Source: Antechinus flavipes
Lineage: Eukaryota
Assembly (NCBI RefSeq): GCF_016432865.1
Contig: NC_067400.1
Span: 13,206,001 to 13,270,000, forward strand
Length of the DNA stretch: 64,000 nt
Reading direction: 5' to 3'
Below, in pieces: positions 39,996 to 51,750 of the stretch. The translations under genes were made by a program, and so were the position numbers. Below the pieces are notes generated by a model. It did no database searches, was not told the origin of the DNA, and saw only the letters and a program-made list of their open reading frames with translations. How positions within the stretch are numbered: the first letter of the stretch is position 1; each line of letters opens with the position of its first letter.

Positions 39996-40584
39996 AAATC
40001 TATAATCCGCTGTGTCCCAGAGTAGATTACGCAAGGTTGCATGGTATATCAGATCGTGGAATAATCTGGATCTCTTTATTCTTAATACACTGATCTCTAT
40101 CACATCTTGTTAACTTTTTCTGAACTGCTTTTGTAATGTGATGGATTTGTGAGTATCTTTTATCTCTCAACCAGTTCCCCTGGAGACCACGTTCTCACGT
40201 AAGGAACCTGAGTGTCCAGGATTGGGGTTTGGTTGCCATGGAGCAGTTTTTCCTCTCTGAGAAACTACTTGGTCAAAAAGGAGATCAGAGCTAGGATTTT
40301 GTCCTTGGGGACATGATACTCTGACAAGATATCGGACATGAAATTGTGGGTGATCAGACTGGAATATTAATTAATATCTTCACTGTGTTGAGAAACAGAA
40401 TGGAGATCATGGAATCACATCATATTAAGCCAAAAGTACCTTGGAAACCATCTACTCCATCTCTCAAAACAAGACAAAGAAAGTTTAAGGGGTCATACAA
40501 ATAGTGATATAACCAGCATTAGAATCCAACTCTTCTGATTCCCAATCTATCCAGTCTTCTTTCCACTATCTCCATCTATTTTTC

Positions 40585-40900
40585 TTAAATTATAGCTTTT
40601 TATTTTCAAAATCTATGCAAAACAGTTTTCAACATTCACCCTTGCAAAATCTCATATCCCCAATTTTTTCTCCCTTCTTTCCCCCCACCTCTTTCAATAC
40701 ATGCACAGTTCTATACATTTCCACAAATCATCCTGCTGCACAAGAAAAATCAGATCAAAAAGGAAAAAAAATGAGAAAGAAAAGAAAAAGCAAGCAAATA
40801 ACAACAAAGGTGAAAATCCTATGTTGTGATTCACATTCAATTCCCATAGTCCTCTCTCTCTGGATGAAGATAGTGGTTTCCATCACAAGTTTATCGGAAT
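40585..40900 (-). mobile_element. L1 3' end fragment
   Basis: 'tatagctttttattttcaaaa...caacattcacccttgcaaaa...gcacaagaaaaatcagatcaaaaagg'. Confidence 0.85.
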
Positions 40901-41454
40901 TTCTCTATCTTTTATGTCAACTTGGCTACTTAAAAATATTATGAAAAAATAATATTGCAACAGGATAGGAATATCCTTCTCAATAAAGATATTTATTTTG
41001 CCAACACAAAGCAAACCCTATTGTGCAACTCATTGTCTTAGAAGATTTCCTGGTGGTACTGAGATGCCAAGGGACCTAGCCAGGCCCTCACAGGAAGCTT
41101 GAAACAGAAATAAGAGTTGAATGCCTCTTTTTCTGATGCACGAGATAATTCTCTGTACAGTACATCAGAGGACTTAAACTCATGGGATATGACTATCTCC
41201 CAGACCCAAAATATAATTAGGAAATTCTTAACAAGAAATAAAAACAAATGCTCAATAAATACTTATTCATTTATTTCACTGGATAACTACTTTCTTTGCT
41301 GCAAATGTTAATGGATGAACATAGATTAAAGCAAGAAATTCTTGTTTTTCTTAAGAAAAACCAGCACAAAGCTTTTCTCTGGGGAGTTGGAGTAGTATTG
41401 ACTTGTAGCAAGATGGAGAATTACACTACCAGTTACTCATGGTGTATGTGATGT

Positions 41455-41965
41455 TCAGGAAAGACAAGGAATTCCAGTATGAGGACTTACTGAGCCCTCT
41501 TCAGGGTTAACCATCCACCTTTCATGTCCACCCTTCACCCAACTCTCATCTGCTTCTATAAGAAATTGTAGCATGCAAGGCAGCCACACCCTGGTAAAAT
41601 CATCTTGGATTCAACCAGTTTGAAGATAACCAACAAACCTTACACTTGTTGGTGAGTTAGGAAGATATCTACCTGAAGCATGGAAGGCCTTCCTCCAGTA
41701 GAATGACAACTGAAAATGAATGGTTCCAAAAAATCATGAAGACAATTGAAGTAGAGGCTGGGAATACTCAATTTGTAAAAATATCAAAGACACCAGGGTA
41801 TGATATTTCATTATTCCTGATGTTGTATTTCCACTGAGTTTCAATGATTCTTGAAGAGATAGTGAAGGTGTCTTTTTGTGTAACTTTGTCCGACTTAAAT
41901 TCAATTCATTCACAAGTCATCAATGTGATATCACCTGTTGCCTTTGAAAATGAAGGATAACAAAG
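41455..41965. mobile_element. Marsupial RTE-related non-autonomous repeat (WALLSI/RTESINE-like; family name uncertain)
   Basis: 'gagccctcttcaggg...catccacctttc...cacccaactctca...gtagcatgca' through 'cctttgaaaatgaagga'; shares its right half with 2205-2432. Confidence 0.6.
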
Positions 41966-41994
41966 ACCTATCCAACTGTGCAAAGTCTCTGATC

Positions 41995-42610
41995 CAGCCC
42001 TTTTTGTGGTGGCAAAGAACTGGAAAGTGAGTGGATGCCCATCAATTGGGCAATGGCTGAATAAGTTATGGAATATGAACGTTATAGAATATTACTGTTC
42101 TATAAGAAACAACCAGGGGGATGATTTTAGAGAGGTCTGGAGAGACTTACAAAAACTGATGCTGAGTGAAGTGAGCAGAACTAGGAGATCATTGTATATG
42201 GCAACAAGATTATGCAATGATCAATTCTGATGGACTTGGATCTTTTCAACAATGAGGTGATTTAAGCCAATTCCAATAGATTTATGATGGAGAGAACCAT
42301 CTGCACCTAGAGAGAGGAATATGAGGACTGAATGTGGATCACAATGAAGATGTGATCCTTTTTTGTTGTCATTTGCTTGCCTTTTTTCTCACTATTTTTT
42401 TTTTCTTTTTGATCTGATTTTTCTTGTGCAGCATGATAAATTTGGAAATATGTATAAAAGAAATGCACATGTTTAACATACATTGAATTACATGTTGTCT
42501 ACAGGAGGTAGAATGGGAAGGGAGGGAGGGAGAAAAATTTGTAACAACATTTTGCAAGGGTGAATGTTGAAAACCATCTTTGCATTTGAAAATAAAAAGT
42601 TATTACTTAA
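41995..42610 (+). mobile_element. L1 3' end (ORF2 C-terminus + 3'UTR)
   Basis: ORF 42006..42230 VAKNWKVSGCPSIGQWLNKLWNMNVIEYYCSIRNN matches the L1 ORF2 C-terminus; ends 'tttgaaaataaaaag'. Confidence 0.9.
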
Positions 42611-42979
42611 AATAGAAAGACAATAAATATTTGCTTTCAAAAAAAAGTATTTGAAAACACTAAAAAAAATATAAAAAATGAAGGGTGAACAACAGTCAGT
42701 TACTGATTGCTCTGTATTCATATCATTCAGTTTAGTGAAAAACAAAGATAGAGCAGACATGCAGGAAATTGTTCCCACTTATTTATGGAGGGAAAGATTC
42801 TGTTGTCAGATCATACATTCTAAGCAGGGATTTAACTCAATTTATCCATTTGAATGAGTATTGATATAATGTAACCTGAGGACATGGATTGTTTCATTTT
42901 TTATTTGTAGCCCCATCCTCCATTATTGATCACACAATAGGCACTTAATAAATGCTTTTTGATTGTTAGATTTATTTTT

Positions 42980-43287
42980 GAGTCTTGATCTCCTCATCAT
43001 ATCCAGGCTGGAAATGTGAGGGCTTTTTGATCCCACTACTATCTACAGAAGCTTTGACCTGCTATTTCAAATCTGAGCTGGGCACATCTCTCCTTAGGTA
43101 ATCTGTTTGGCCTTCTGCTCCTGGGAGTCACTCTGGGAGTCATGGGAATCACCAGGTTTGTGCTAGATAGTACAGATCTCTTTTAGTCCCATTGAAGCTC
43201 AGAGTGATCCACTTCAGTTCAACTGATCCACCAGCCTCAGCATCTTGAGTAGCAGGGATTAGAACCATGTGCTCACATGTCCACCAC
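42980..43287 (-). pseudogene. RN7SL: Full-length decayed 7SL (SRP RNA) retrocopy / P7SL-like SINE
   Basis: Reverse complement gives colinear 7SL blocks: taatccctgctactcaagatgctgaggctggtggatc; ttacctaaggag; agcaggtcaaa; agtagtgggatc; ccagcctgg; then an A-rich tail (42971-42979). Confidence 0.88.
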
Positions 43288-45569
43288 ATTACTTTCTATG
43301 TGAAAGATGTCACGCTAAGGACAAAGGGACAATAATGAAAATAAAATCAAACCAAACAATCTCTGCCCATCAGAATTTACATTCTATTTAGATGAACAAT
43401 GATGTGAAATGCTAAATATTTTTTTGAGAAAGGAGAGTACTAATAACCAACATTAAAGAGCAAGGTTTCTTATGGAAGATGTCACCTTAGAAGAGCCATA
43501 GGAAATGAGGAATTCTTAGAGACAGAGGTAAAGATGGAGGGCATTCCAAATACAAAAAGCTGAAGACCGGATATGGAATGCCAAGTTTGGGAAACATTGC
43601 TGAATCCATCGGAAAAGGACAAACAAAAAGGGGCAAAAGTCTTCAAAGCTTTTTCAAAATAATAGGCTTTGCTCTGTATCCACCATCTTCAGAATATATC
43701 ACTGGGAATCTATTCTATGGAAGTGGGAACCATGTTTATCTGATGGAGTTTATGATTGAAAACTCAAATGACTCATATGATTTCCTTTCCCCCACCTATA
43801 TAACCAAAGAGTGAAAACCTAGACCAGCATTTCCTCCATTTTTTTAAACCAGGAAATTGGACTAAAGATAGTACATGTAGTATACCCCAGAGATGCTTAT
43901 AGTTGTTCTCTGTTCAAAATGTGTGCTTATTTCCATATGTTATTAAGTCAGAGGAAAGAGGAAAAAACAGGTGCAAAGAGGAGAAGCGTAGGTTGGGGAG
44001 GAAAAGCTAGAGAAGCAGAGGAGAAAGCTTTTGTGTTCGTACTTGTCAGAGGGATAGCTAATTTATATCATCAAAGATATAAATGGCTTTCAATTATGCA
44101 CTGTGTGCATGTCGCAACTCCCAAATCAGCTTCTGTTTAATGAGAATGTTTGCCATGCAAATAACATCATTTTTATTAATACAGCACAGATACATTGCAC
44201 CTACAGTCCCAAGCATCTCAACCCTCCTCTTTTCCCAGCAGGATGGGTGCTCAGAGAGAACAGAGAGAACAGGGAACAGGTTTTTTGGTCCAGTAAGGAA
44301 CCACAGAACAACATGAATAATCTGCTTTATTGAACCCATGTTGGAAAAATAGAGACATCTATAGGTAAGGTTTTTGAGAACAGCATAATCCCCCAGCATA
44401 ACAAGCCATGTTTAGGTGGTATGGAAACAAGCTCCTATTCAAACCACCCTCATCATGTTTTGCCTTCCAAACTTAATTGGCCAATGGGAAAAAACATGGA
44501 GATCAAGGACTTCTTCTCAGGAGAGGTGAGTGAGTAGCAGCCAAGAACTGTCCCTGCTTGAGATAAAAGGGATGTTGAGTCACAGGATTTGTGCACCTGT
44601 CCTCTGTGACTGCTCTATGAATAATTGATGTTGAAGGGAACGATGGTTGCATTGTGACATCTGGGCTGAGCAGCTGCCAGAGAAATATCAAACTTTGCCA
44701 ACTCCCCACAAAGGAAAGAGTTGAAGAGAATTGGAGACCTGACTTTTTATACCCTAGCTTTGATTAAGAGGGAACAAAGAACTTCTTCAGAAACATGAAC
44801 AATGCTTCAATAATCTGCTAACACACTTTTTCTCATTGTGAATTCAGAAGTGGACAATGTGGAGATCTCACAAAAAGATGCAACATCGCTCTTGTTTGGG
44901 GGGAATCTGATGGATGAAACAATCAAAGTCTTAAAAGCCTTGGTATGATAAAGATGGTCAACATGGGAAACCCCAAGGACGCACATATGGTGTCAAACAT
45001 GTTATTTTATGGTCCTTGCCTTTAACAAAAGAGATGAATTTTCTGGATTACAATGACTTTAGAGAAATATAATTGCTCTTCAGTGAGGACAATGTCAAAG
45101 TCTGTTAAATTTAACAATACATCAATCGATAAGTTGAAGAAATATCAAAATGATCATCCTAAAGCAAGTCAGTTCCTGTCAACCTCTATTCAATAATGTC
45201 ATGAGCTCCCTATTATCTCCATGTCACACATACAATTTTCTATTTAACTTTTAAAACCCTTTATAACCTGGATCTTTCCTGACTTTCTGGTCTTCTTATA
45301 AATCCTCACTTGTGTACTCCTGGGCCTCTCTGGTTTCCTTGCTGTTTTTCCCTGAATATATTCATCATCTCCCAAATGTAAGCATTTTCACTGGCTGCCT
45401 TCTCACCCTCCTCCTATCAGCCTCCAGATTGTGTTGTCTTCCCTCTCAGTTAGTTGCCAATGATATTATCTTTTTTACATAGAAATAAAGAAGCAACACA
45501 TAGAAAACCATCCCAGCTTGCTGATATACTTAAAAAAAAACATATCTGTCATCTTTTAGTGAATCTATG

Positions 45570-45820
45570 TGCCACTTAGACTAGCATTTATGTAGTGTTT
45601 TGAGATTTGCAAGACAATTTACAAATATTAGATCATTTTATCTTTATAACAACCTGGAAAGGTAATTATAATTTTTGCAGATTAGAAAACTGAGGCACAA
45701 AGAGGTTATGTGAATTTTCCTGGGTCACACATCTAATGAATAAATGAGGCAGGATTCAAATTCCAGTCTTCCTAATTCTGACTTGTACTCTAACCACTGG
45801 CCAGCCTAGCTGCCTCATAA
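45570..45820 (-). mobile_element. MIR SINE
   Basis: 'tttgcagattagaaaactgaggcacaaagagg...tcctgggtcacac...ggcaggattcaaattccagtcttcc'. Confidence 0.75.
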
Positions 45821-46464
45821 ATACATGACAATCTACATAATGAGTTGGATCTATCAGAAATGATATTCATCAAGAACATTAATGTGACATGAAAATATTG
45901 TCAAGGAAAGAGACCAAGAAGTTATGAATGGTGAAAGTCTCTGAAAAAGGAGATAATCATGCTCCAGAATATAAGAATCTTGGAGCTGCAAGAGAAGTTG
46001 AAGGCAAATAAGTTCTACTTATCCCTGGGTCAAGAATTTTCTCTATGGCAGCCTACTAAGTAGTCATCCAGTCTCTGTTTTAACATTTGTTATGACAGAG
46101 AAGCCTCTTTCTGCTGAGGTAGCCCATAGAAACATCCCTTTTGATTTCAAAGAGAAATTCTGGTTGAATTGTAATTGATTATTTGATATTTTACAATGCT
46201 TCTGATATTTTTCTTGCTGTGTTCTTTCTATTCTTTTCACTTCTAGTCAGTGATAATATGACATGACTAACCTTCTGAATTAATCATTGATTTTATATAT
46301 GCCATAATATGTATGATGAAGCCAGTATTCAAAGTCGATATCAATTTTAGCATTATCTCAAGGATAGTTGAAGTATCATTTAATATCTTAATAATACATA
46401 CTTACATTTATTCTCTAAATATTTTCGGGGAAGAGATCAAGATGCTCCTTTCAAAATAAAGCAG

Positions 46465-46568
46465 CAAGCAATAGCTAGCTGTGGATAGAACTCCTGCTCT
46501 AAAGTCAAGAGGATCTGAGTTTAAATTCGACCTTAGACACCACTGGGCAAGTCAGTTAACCTCACTTG

Positions 46569-46570
<2 letters not shown>
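46465..46570 (+). mobile_element. Short CORE-SINE followed by (CA)n
   Basis: 'gctagctgtggatagaactcctgctctaaagtcaagaggatctgagtttaaattcgacc'. Confidence 0.7.
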
Positions 46571-46613
<43 letters not shown>

Positions 46614-47344
46614 TTAATAATAACAAAGCAACAAGCAGTAAAAGAGTGTATAAAATGTTGAGTGAATCATTGTCTTTAAAGGCAAGATATATCCTGATGT
46701 CACAAATAGAAGAGGAACTTGGGCTATTTTTAAATTTATCCTTACAAAATCAAAATTTACTAGTTTGAAGCAATGAAGCTTTGAGACCTACATTGTTACT
46801 TGCTAAGAAATACTATTTGCTTAAATAGTGAAGAAGTAGGGAAATATAATGGAAAGAACACCAGATATAGAGTCAAAAGTGCAGGGATCCTGTGATACCT
46901 ACTGCTCAGGGATGCTAGGAGGAAAGAGTCTTGTAAAAATGAACATAAATATGATTTGCTTATACTCACTATTATTATGGTACCTGTTAATGTAATGAAT
47001 ACAGTAGGACAAATTGGGCAAGCTGAGCTTCTCTCCAATAGTAGCAACAATGACAAAAACAAATCTTTTTCCAGGTTCCAACAGTCAGAAATTCTAGATT
47101 TTCTATGCAAATGTGATATAAATTTGAACCCTTCAGATGGTGGCCCATGAAATCAGTGCTCAGGAAATAAGTATGCTTTGGGTCAGCATCTATTTAAAAT
47201 TTCTTCTTTTTCTCTATCTAAGTCCTCTTTTTACCAAACCATATAAGATGACATATTAGCTGAAAGCAATTAAACAAAAGAACAGAGTAACTAGAAACCT
47301 TCCAGCTCTCTTACAGAGAATGGTACATTTTCTTCAAGGTTGTT

Positions 47345-50300
47345 TTGTAAAAAAATCTTATTGATGTACTTCATTTTTACATGACAAACATTTCCAGATT
47401 ACTTGATTCAAGAAGTCTCTTAAAATAAGGTAAAACTGTTAAGAAAAACAAATGATGCAGTGATTTCATCTGAAAGTACAAGCATTGTTTCTACATATGT
47501 AAGTACTCCCTCTCACTTGTCTATCTCAAAAAGAAAAAAAAATTTCTTTTCATCTCAACACCAATCTATTAAAAACCCAATCTTTATAGCAAATATATAT
47601 AGTCAAACAAAACAAATTCTCTCAATGTCTATACAAATGTACCTACACCTCATTTTATACCATATATCCATCACCTCTCTGTAATGGAAAACAAGTTTTA
47701 TTTACAGTCCTTTGGAATCATGGATTATGACAATCTTTAAAGTTTTTAAGGTGTTTTGGTTTCAGTGTTACAGTAATTGGATAAATCATTTTGATTTTGC
47801 TCATTTCATTATTATACAATTTATCAAAGTACCCAAATAGTTGATTTAAAAAGTAGTGATGTTATAACATACATTGTTCCTCTGATTCTGCATATTTCAC
47901 TCTGGATCATTTTATACAAGTTTTCCCATGTCTTTTTGAAATCATTTATTTCCTCGTGTTTTACAGCACAATGGTAGTCTATCATTTTATATGTCGTGAT
48001 ATTCAGCCATTCCTCCATTGATGGGTATCCTCTTAATTTCTAGTTATTTGTCTCCACCAATAAAGGTACTCTAAATATTTCTCGTATATAAAGATTTCCT
48101 TTTTTTAAATCTCTTTGGGATATGGGGCTAGCTGTGGTACAGTTGTGTCAAAGACACAGTCAAAGCTGTGTCTTAGAATTTTAAACATATTTCCAAATTT
48201 TCTTCCAGAATAATTGTACCAATTCACAGGACAACCAATAGTACCTTAATGTTTCCATCTTCCCATGGCCCCTCTAATAATTATCACTTTCTCTTTTGGT
48301 CTCTTTTCCCCCACTCTGATAGATGTGAGATGAAATCTGAAAATTGCTTCAATTTGCACTTCTATTATTAGTAGTCTCTACAATGGGTATCACCAGATGG
48401 TCAATATAATAGTCAAATTGATTATATACTTTTCAGCCAATGGTAGAGAAACTCTATACAGTCAGTTAAAACAAGGCCTGGAACTTACTATGCTTTAGTC
48501 ATGAACTCTTTATTATAAAATTCAGACAAATTGAAGAAAGTAGAGAAGACCATTGGACCATATATGTATTACCTAAATAGTATCCCTTATGAATATGAGT
48601 GGACATGATAAATAGATTGAAGGAATTAGATCTGGTAGAGTGCTTGAAGAATTATGTACAAGGGGTTTGTGATATTGTACAGAAAGCAGCAACAAAAAAC
48701 ATTCCAAAGAAAAATAGGAAAAAAGGAAGCAGAATGCTTCCATTTCTCACAATTATACATTGCTACTGGGAAAACCATGGCTTTGACTTTATGGAGCTAT
48801 ATGTTGAGGCTTTACAAATAGCTGAAAAAAAGAAAGAAAGAAAAAGGGAGATGAGAAAGGGAACGATACATGTAACTAAAAGCAGAATTCCAGAGAATAG
48901 CATGGAGAGAGAAGATTTTCTTCAATAAGTATACAAAGAAATAGAAGAAAATTATAGAATCCAAAAGACAAGAGATCTTTTCAAGATCTCTTGCAAATTT
49001 CATGCAAAAAAGAGATAGAAATTGTCAAGACATAGAAGAGGTTGGCAAGAAGAGGTGGCAAGAACACACAGAAGAATTATACACACACAAAATCTGACTG
49101 TCACTGATAACCATGATAGTGTGACTACTGGTCTATAGCTAGACATTCTGGAGAATGAAGTCAAGTGGGCCTTAGGAAACCTTCTAACTAGAAGGCTAAT
49201 GTAAGTAATGGAATTCCAGTTGAGTTATTTAAAATTCTAAAATATGATGCCGTTAAAGTGCTCTGTTTAATGTGCTGGCAAATTTGGAAGACTCAACAGA
49301 GATCACATAATTTAAAAAGTTTAGTTTATATCCCAATTCTAAAGAAGGGCATTGCCAAAGAAGTTTCAAATGACCCCAGAATTGTACTTATTTCACTTGC
49401 TAGCAAGCTTATTTTTCAGGTTCTGCAAATTAGGTTTCAGCAATATGTATTCTGAGGATTACTTGAAAAAGTAAGCTAGGTTTTGAAGAGGCAATGGAAT
49501 TGGAGACCAAATTGCTAGCATTAGCTGGAGCATGGAGAAAACAAGAGAGTTCCAGAAAAAAAAATCTGCTTCAGTAACTACTTTAAAGCCTTTTACTGTA
49601 TAAATCACAACAGATTGTGACAAGTCCTCAGAGAAGGGACTACCAGATCATCTTACTTGTTTCCTGAGGAACTTATAAGCAGGTCAAGAAACAATATGTA
49701 GAACCAAAGATAGGACAGATGATTGGCTTCAGATTGGAAAAAGAAAATGACAAAGCTATATATTGTCATCTTATTTACTTAACGCATATGCAGAGTACAT
49801 CACGTGAAATGCTAGGATGGATGAATCAAAACCCAGAATTAAAGTAGTTGGGAGTAATATTAACAGTCTCACACATAAATGCTACCACTGTGATGGCACC
49901 AAATACTTTTGATGAGGGTAAAATAGAGTCTAAAATTTGATTCGAGGCTTAACATTAAAACAATAACAAAAAACCCCTTAAGATCTTGGCAATTGAGTTC
50001 ATCATTTACTGACAAATAGAGGAAGAAGAAGTGGAAGCAGTGTTTTATTTCATATTCTTGGACTTAAAGATCACTGAAGACTGAGACTGAAATCATGAAA
50101 TTAAAAGGTGATTGTTTTTTGGAAGGAAAGATATGGAAAATCTGGATGGCACACTAAAAAAACAGAGATATCACCTTGCTAACAAAGATCCATATAATAA
50201 AGCCACGGTTTTCCCAGTAGCAATGTATACTTGTGAGAGAAAGCCCATAAGGAAAGATGAGCACTTCAAAATCAATGCTTTCAAATTGTGGTGCTAGAGA

Positions 50301-51750
50301 GGACTTTTGAGAGTCCCTTGGACAGCAAGGGCATTAAATCAATTAGTACTCAAAGAAATTAATTCAGGCTATTCACTGGAAGGTCAAATAGTGAAGGTGA
50401 AATACTTTAGCCATGTAGAAAGAAGTCAGTATTCATTGACATTGATGCTGGGAAAGAATAAAGGGAAAAGGAAAAAGGGACAGCAGAGGATGACATGGAT
50501 AGATAAATCCATGGAAGCAAAGAACATGAACTTAGAATTTGAGAGATAGTGGAAGATAAAAAGGCCTGGTGTTCTAAAGTCCATGGATTCATTAAGAATT
50601 GGATGTGACTGAATGCCTAGACAACAACAACTACAAAAACTAGTAATAATTTAGAATATTTCTTTTATATCACTAAAGATAATGTGGATCTCTTCCCTTA
50701 ATAACTGCCTTTTAATTTACTCACAGTATCTATCACGTGGTGATAGAATGACTGGTACTTTCTCTTATAAATCTCAAATGGTTCCTTACAAATATTGAAA
50801 ATGAGGCTTTTATTAAAGAAAATGGCTGAAAGGCTTTTCTCCAGTTATTTTCATTTTTAATCAAAATTTCATTAGATATGTTCATACAACATTTAAAATG
50901 TGATCAACATTATTCATTTTTTTTTATTCTTTGGTTTTCTCTATTCTTTGTTTGGTGATGAACTTTTCTTTATTCCATAGATTTGATACATAATTTTCCA
51001 TGTTTCTCTTTATTCATGAATTAAATTTTCATATCTAAATCATAGATTGATTTAGTTTATCATCATACAAATTATGAGGTGTTGGTCTATATCTAATTTA
51101 TTCCACATTACTGTCCAAAGTCCCCTAAAGTTTTGTCAACTGATGAATCTTTCTCTCAGTAGTTGGAATCTTTATGTTTTTAAATACTATTTGTTTCTGT
51201 ACATGGTTAAACATGGTTAACCAAATCTGTTCCACTAATCAATTTCTCTATGTCTTTAACACAGACCAAATGCTTATTTAAAAAAAAATATTGATTTGTA
51301 CTAAAGGGTGAGCTCTGACATTGTGGACCCCTTCATGTTCATTTCTTTTCATTATTTCTCTTAAGAACCATGAATAAATTTCCTCTTTACAAACTTGTAA
51401 GTCCAGAATTCCTGATAAAAGTCCAATTTTGTTATAATATATGATCTTTGCCATATGTTGTTTTAATCTCTCCTAATATTTTGTTTATACTTTTTTGTAT
51501 CTATGTTTAATAGGTATGTTGTTCTATATTTTCCCTTTTCTGTTTTGATGCTTCTTAGATTATATATCAAGGCCATATGCATCATGGAAAGGGATTCTTA
51601 GTTTTTTTTTTTTATTTTGTTATTTTTGCAATTAATTCACATAATTGTGAAATTAGTTATTCTTTAAGTATTTGACAGGACTCTTTTGTGAATTCAAAGA
51701 TTATATTTTCTCTTATATTACTAAATGAGAGTAAATCCATGTAGTTTAAT
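47345..51750 (-). mobile_element. Old L1 3' region split by the BovB insertion (segments 47345-48375 and 50640-51750)
   Basis: Left segment ends 'tcaatttgcacttctattattagtagt'; right resumes 'tagtaataatttagaatatttc', contiguous in antisense L1 ORF2 as recalled; ORF 47824..48018 is L1 ORF2 C-terminal-like. Confidence 0.7.
48376..50640 (+). mobile_element. BovB-type RTE LINE, 5'-truncated, about 2.3 kb
   Basis: 'caccagatggtcaat...', 'gaagtcaagtgggccttaggaa', 'gagagtcccttggacagcaagg', tail 'gactgaatgcctagacaacaacaac'; ORFs 50112..50297 and 50307..50549 are BovB C-terminal remnants. Confidence 0.92.

Noticed and set aside
40132-40400. TG-initiated, GC-richer block that might be an LTR
   Set aside because: No matching CA terminus, TSD or poly(A) signal identified.
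43560-45200. Possible endogenous viral element (borna-, filo- or parvovirus) or processed pseudogene
   Set aside because: Manual translation of the plus strand and part of the minus strand gave no recognisable viral or cellular motif, no long disrupted ORF and no poly-A/TSD; TBLASTX would be needed to exclude it.
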